Source: Geosiphon pyriformis uo1 (Eukaryota > Fungi > Glomeromycota). Taken from it: a stretch of DNA of 64,000 nucleotides. The DNA lies in the NCBI GenBank assembly GCA_016748015.1, contig JAAOMT010000515.1, positions 1 to 64,000 of the forward strand. The letters run 5' to 3'. Below the pieces are notes generated by a model. That model did no database searches and had not been told where the DNA came from. It was given only the letters and a program-made list of their open reading frames with translations. Shown one piece after another: positions 61,701 through 64,000 of the stretch (the first letter of the stretch is position 1; every line of letters starts with the position of its first letter). The position numbers and the translations under genes are program-made.

Positions 61701-63168
61701 TTCTCCAGAGCATTCTCAATGACTGAACCAATAGCAAAAATAGGAGACTGCGTGGTCGTGCCTTTTAAAACAGAAAAATTATCCCCCTTCAAAACGTCGA
61801 AAACACTATAAGCCGAAAAAATTCTGTCTGAAAGCACTTTAGAAAGGATTTTGCGAGCTGTCTCAACCAAAGCAATAGGACGGGTATTCATGAGAATGTC
61901 TTCCTACTTATATGGTTTGGGGATTATCAACACCCAAGCCTCCTTCCAAGGCCCAGGAACAGATTCACACTCCAAGCAAGCATTCAAAAGCACTAAAAGC
62001 ATATCCAAAACTGATTTGTCGCAATGTTTCCACAACTCATTCGAGATACCAGAGAGACCAGCTGCCTTCCCATCAGGCAGGTTCGAAACAACACTAGACA
62101 TCTCATCAAAATCAATTAGGCTCATTACACCAGAAAAAGCGTCATCAAAAACATACTCTAAAGGCTGATATTGGCAATCCTAGACACCAGTAACATCAGA
62201 AACTACATTGTGCTTCCTAGTCCATCCCTCCATGACTGCATCTACTTTGGCCTTAACCAAAGCAGGCTCCAAAACCAATTCATTATCAACAACCAGATGA
62301 TCCAAAGTTACTTTGCGAAAAAGACGTTCCAATACACTTTTAATAGTATGACTTTTGTCCAATTCAAAACTTTCCATCCTCTTATCTATCGCCAACCTGA
62401 TTTGAGATTCCTTAACTCGCTCTGCTTCCGACATTTTGGATGTGCAATAAGACTTTTTGACCTTAGACAAAACTGACCGAATAGCATTGAAGTGGGAACC
62501 TGATAGGAAGAGAGACTTCACCGCAGAAGCGTTGACCAAATCCAAACCTTCTTACCTGTCAAGCAAGGATGTAAACTCCCCAGCAAAATCCATATAAGAT
62601 GCTTTAACCAACTTAGACACCAAGAGCTCTAGCTTGTGAAATTTGGACGAATTCTTGCTAAAACTTTTATCATATCCTTTGAACCACTTTTTCTTGAAAA
62701 CTGCCTCAGCAGACAGACACATCACTCTATGGAGAGTGACTCACATCGAATCCAAGTCTGAGCGGACCTTGGCTGCAAAAAAATCATCATGAAGCATAGC
62801 AGCATTTGCCGCCGTATCTTCTTTAAATTTGGCCCATTTAACATCATTCGCACCTTTGCAATCGTACTTCCAGCAATTTCTATTTGCTTACTTGCGAACA
62901 GAATTCAACTGAACATCGAGCAGACCACCCAAACCCACTAACACTGAGATAGCCTGATGATCAATATTAAAGTATTCCCCAACACCAAACACATCGCGAC
63001 CCACTATCGCATTAACCAGATTTGAAGAAACAAACATAAAATCAATCATCTTAGCAACGCCCCGAGAATTGGACCAAGTCGGCAATTTCCAACAGGAGCT
63101 TCCACCCAAGGCATTAACCAGACCCAAATCCAGACACTTTTTAAAACTTGCACACTTGCGAGAACCGT
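58792..63168 (-). mobile_element. L1-like LINE (3' portion; interrupted in APE by an LTR)
   Basis: ORF2 fragments, ~115-nt 3' UTR, (TAAA)n/A-rich tail at 58792-58825. Higher GC and many CpGs compared with neighbours. Confidence 0.9.
58940..63168 (-). pseudogene. LINE ORF2: APE - RT - RNase H - CCHC
   Basis: APE: TWSNSRG..IDFMF..DHQAI. RT: NTRPIALVE, LQDM.KAYNSV, GLDQEEVFSPLLW, FVDD, YLGI. RNH: DGS, ELQAI, SDSQ, KVSGHSGVLGNEHAD. CLFCGDVEISDHVFSC. Confidence 0.9.
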
Positions 63169-64000
63169 TGTTACCAGAGGTTTTTGGTCTCTTTTCTTAA
63201 ATGTTGTTAATGTCTGTTTGTTGTGAATTCATGTTTTCTAGAAGTAGTTAAACCTCCAATAACTGAATTTATCTTCAAATTATCTCTTATAATTTGAACT
63301 GCTGGGCTTATAAGTGGAATGGCCAATTCCGTGCCAGTTGTTTTGTGTAGTTACATTGTAGTAAATGTCAACTTTTTCCCAGGAATTGCTCGTCTGGAAG
63401 CTCACCAAAAATGTGTAGTTACTTTGCTGCAAAAGTCAACTCTTCTACAGGAATTTCGTCTGTAGGCTACCCTAATGATTGTAATAAGAAAAGAAAAGAA
63501 AAAAATAAAAGAAATGTAAAAGAAATAGAATTTTATCAAGAGAAACGTTTTCTATCCAGGCCTGGAGTCACTAACAGTTTACTGAAATTGGTAGCTAATC
63601 AATTTCAAAATGTTAGTTGGGTTGTGGGAATTTTCCAAGTACAATAATTAAAGAATTTGGTTTTTCGAATTATTTGATATTTATTTCTTTTTGTGTGTAT
63701 AGGAATGGTTTTAAGAAATAAATCTAAAGTAAGATACATTTTCCAGAAGAGAAAAGCTCTTCTTTTATACAATTTGTTGTAGTACTAGTTTATGAACTTG
63801 CACTTTTTCTCTTTGCCCAAATTCCAGCAAACTAAAGATACATTTTGATGAACTACAAGTTATTTTGTTGAACTATTAATTAATTTGGGTGAACTATTCA
63901 TAATTTTGGCGAATTTCTGTAAATTTCGGCGAATTTCTGAATGTTACAAAGTTCAGGGTATTGTGTAATTTGATCATCTTACTTTCTGTTATACTAATTA
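63169..64000 (-). mobile_element. Unassigned LTR (family 'C') inserted in the LINE endonuclease
   Basis: Abrupt switch at TGTTACCAG; minus-strand TATA GTATAAAAG near 63762-63770; short tandem repeats (TGAACTA, GGCGAATTTCTG) 63848-63940. Confidence 0.55.

Noticed and set aside
63274-63298. tRNA-Met box in LTR family C (ATAATTTGAA) within a 10-bp hairpin
   Set aside because: Only a 9/10 AT-rich match and no PBS visible for this family in the window.

Overview
AT-rich eukaryotic repeat island with no recognisable host gene, rRNA, tRNA gene or CRISPR array. The protein families resemble, from recall only, those of Glomeromycotina/Mucoromycota fungi such as Geosiphon. The window is a deep nest of decayed transposons. 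(i) Ty3/Gypsy family 'GyA': four copies plus a solo LTR; LTRs about 630-760 bp with TGTTA...TAACA ends. (ii) Ty3/Gypsy family 'GyB': one complete ~10 kb copy with a Cys-rich domain and dUTPase between protease and RT, one Gag-PR-only derivative, and one highly decayed copy. (iii) A 2.4 kb polyA-tailed, TSD-flanked retroposon encoding only LINE ORF1 (HAL1-like), with several fragments. (iv) L1-like LINEs (APE-RT-RNase H-CCHC). (v) A Tc1/mariner remnant, two further LTR ends and a 700-N gap. The most notable observations follow. Both LTR families have a PBS matching elongator tRNA-Met, and both carry U5 boxes complementary to the anticodon/variable arm of that same tRNA. Both carry a related non-Env third ORF after integrase. 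TSDs are 4 bp with a central YR step, and two independent insertions hit the identical nucleotide of GyA gag. All ORFs carry stops, mostly from C>T/G>A changes. Everything was read by eye; no searches were run.
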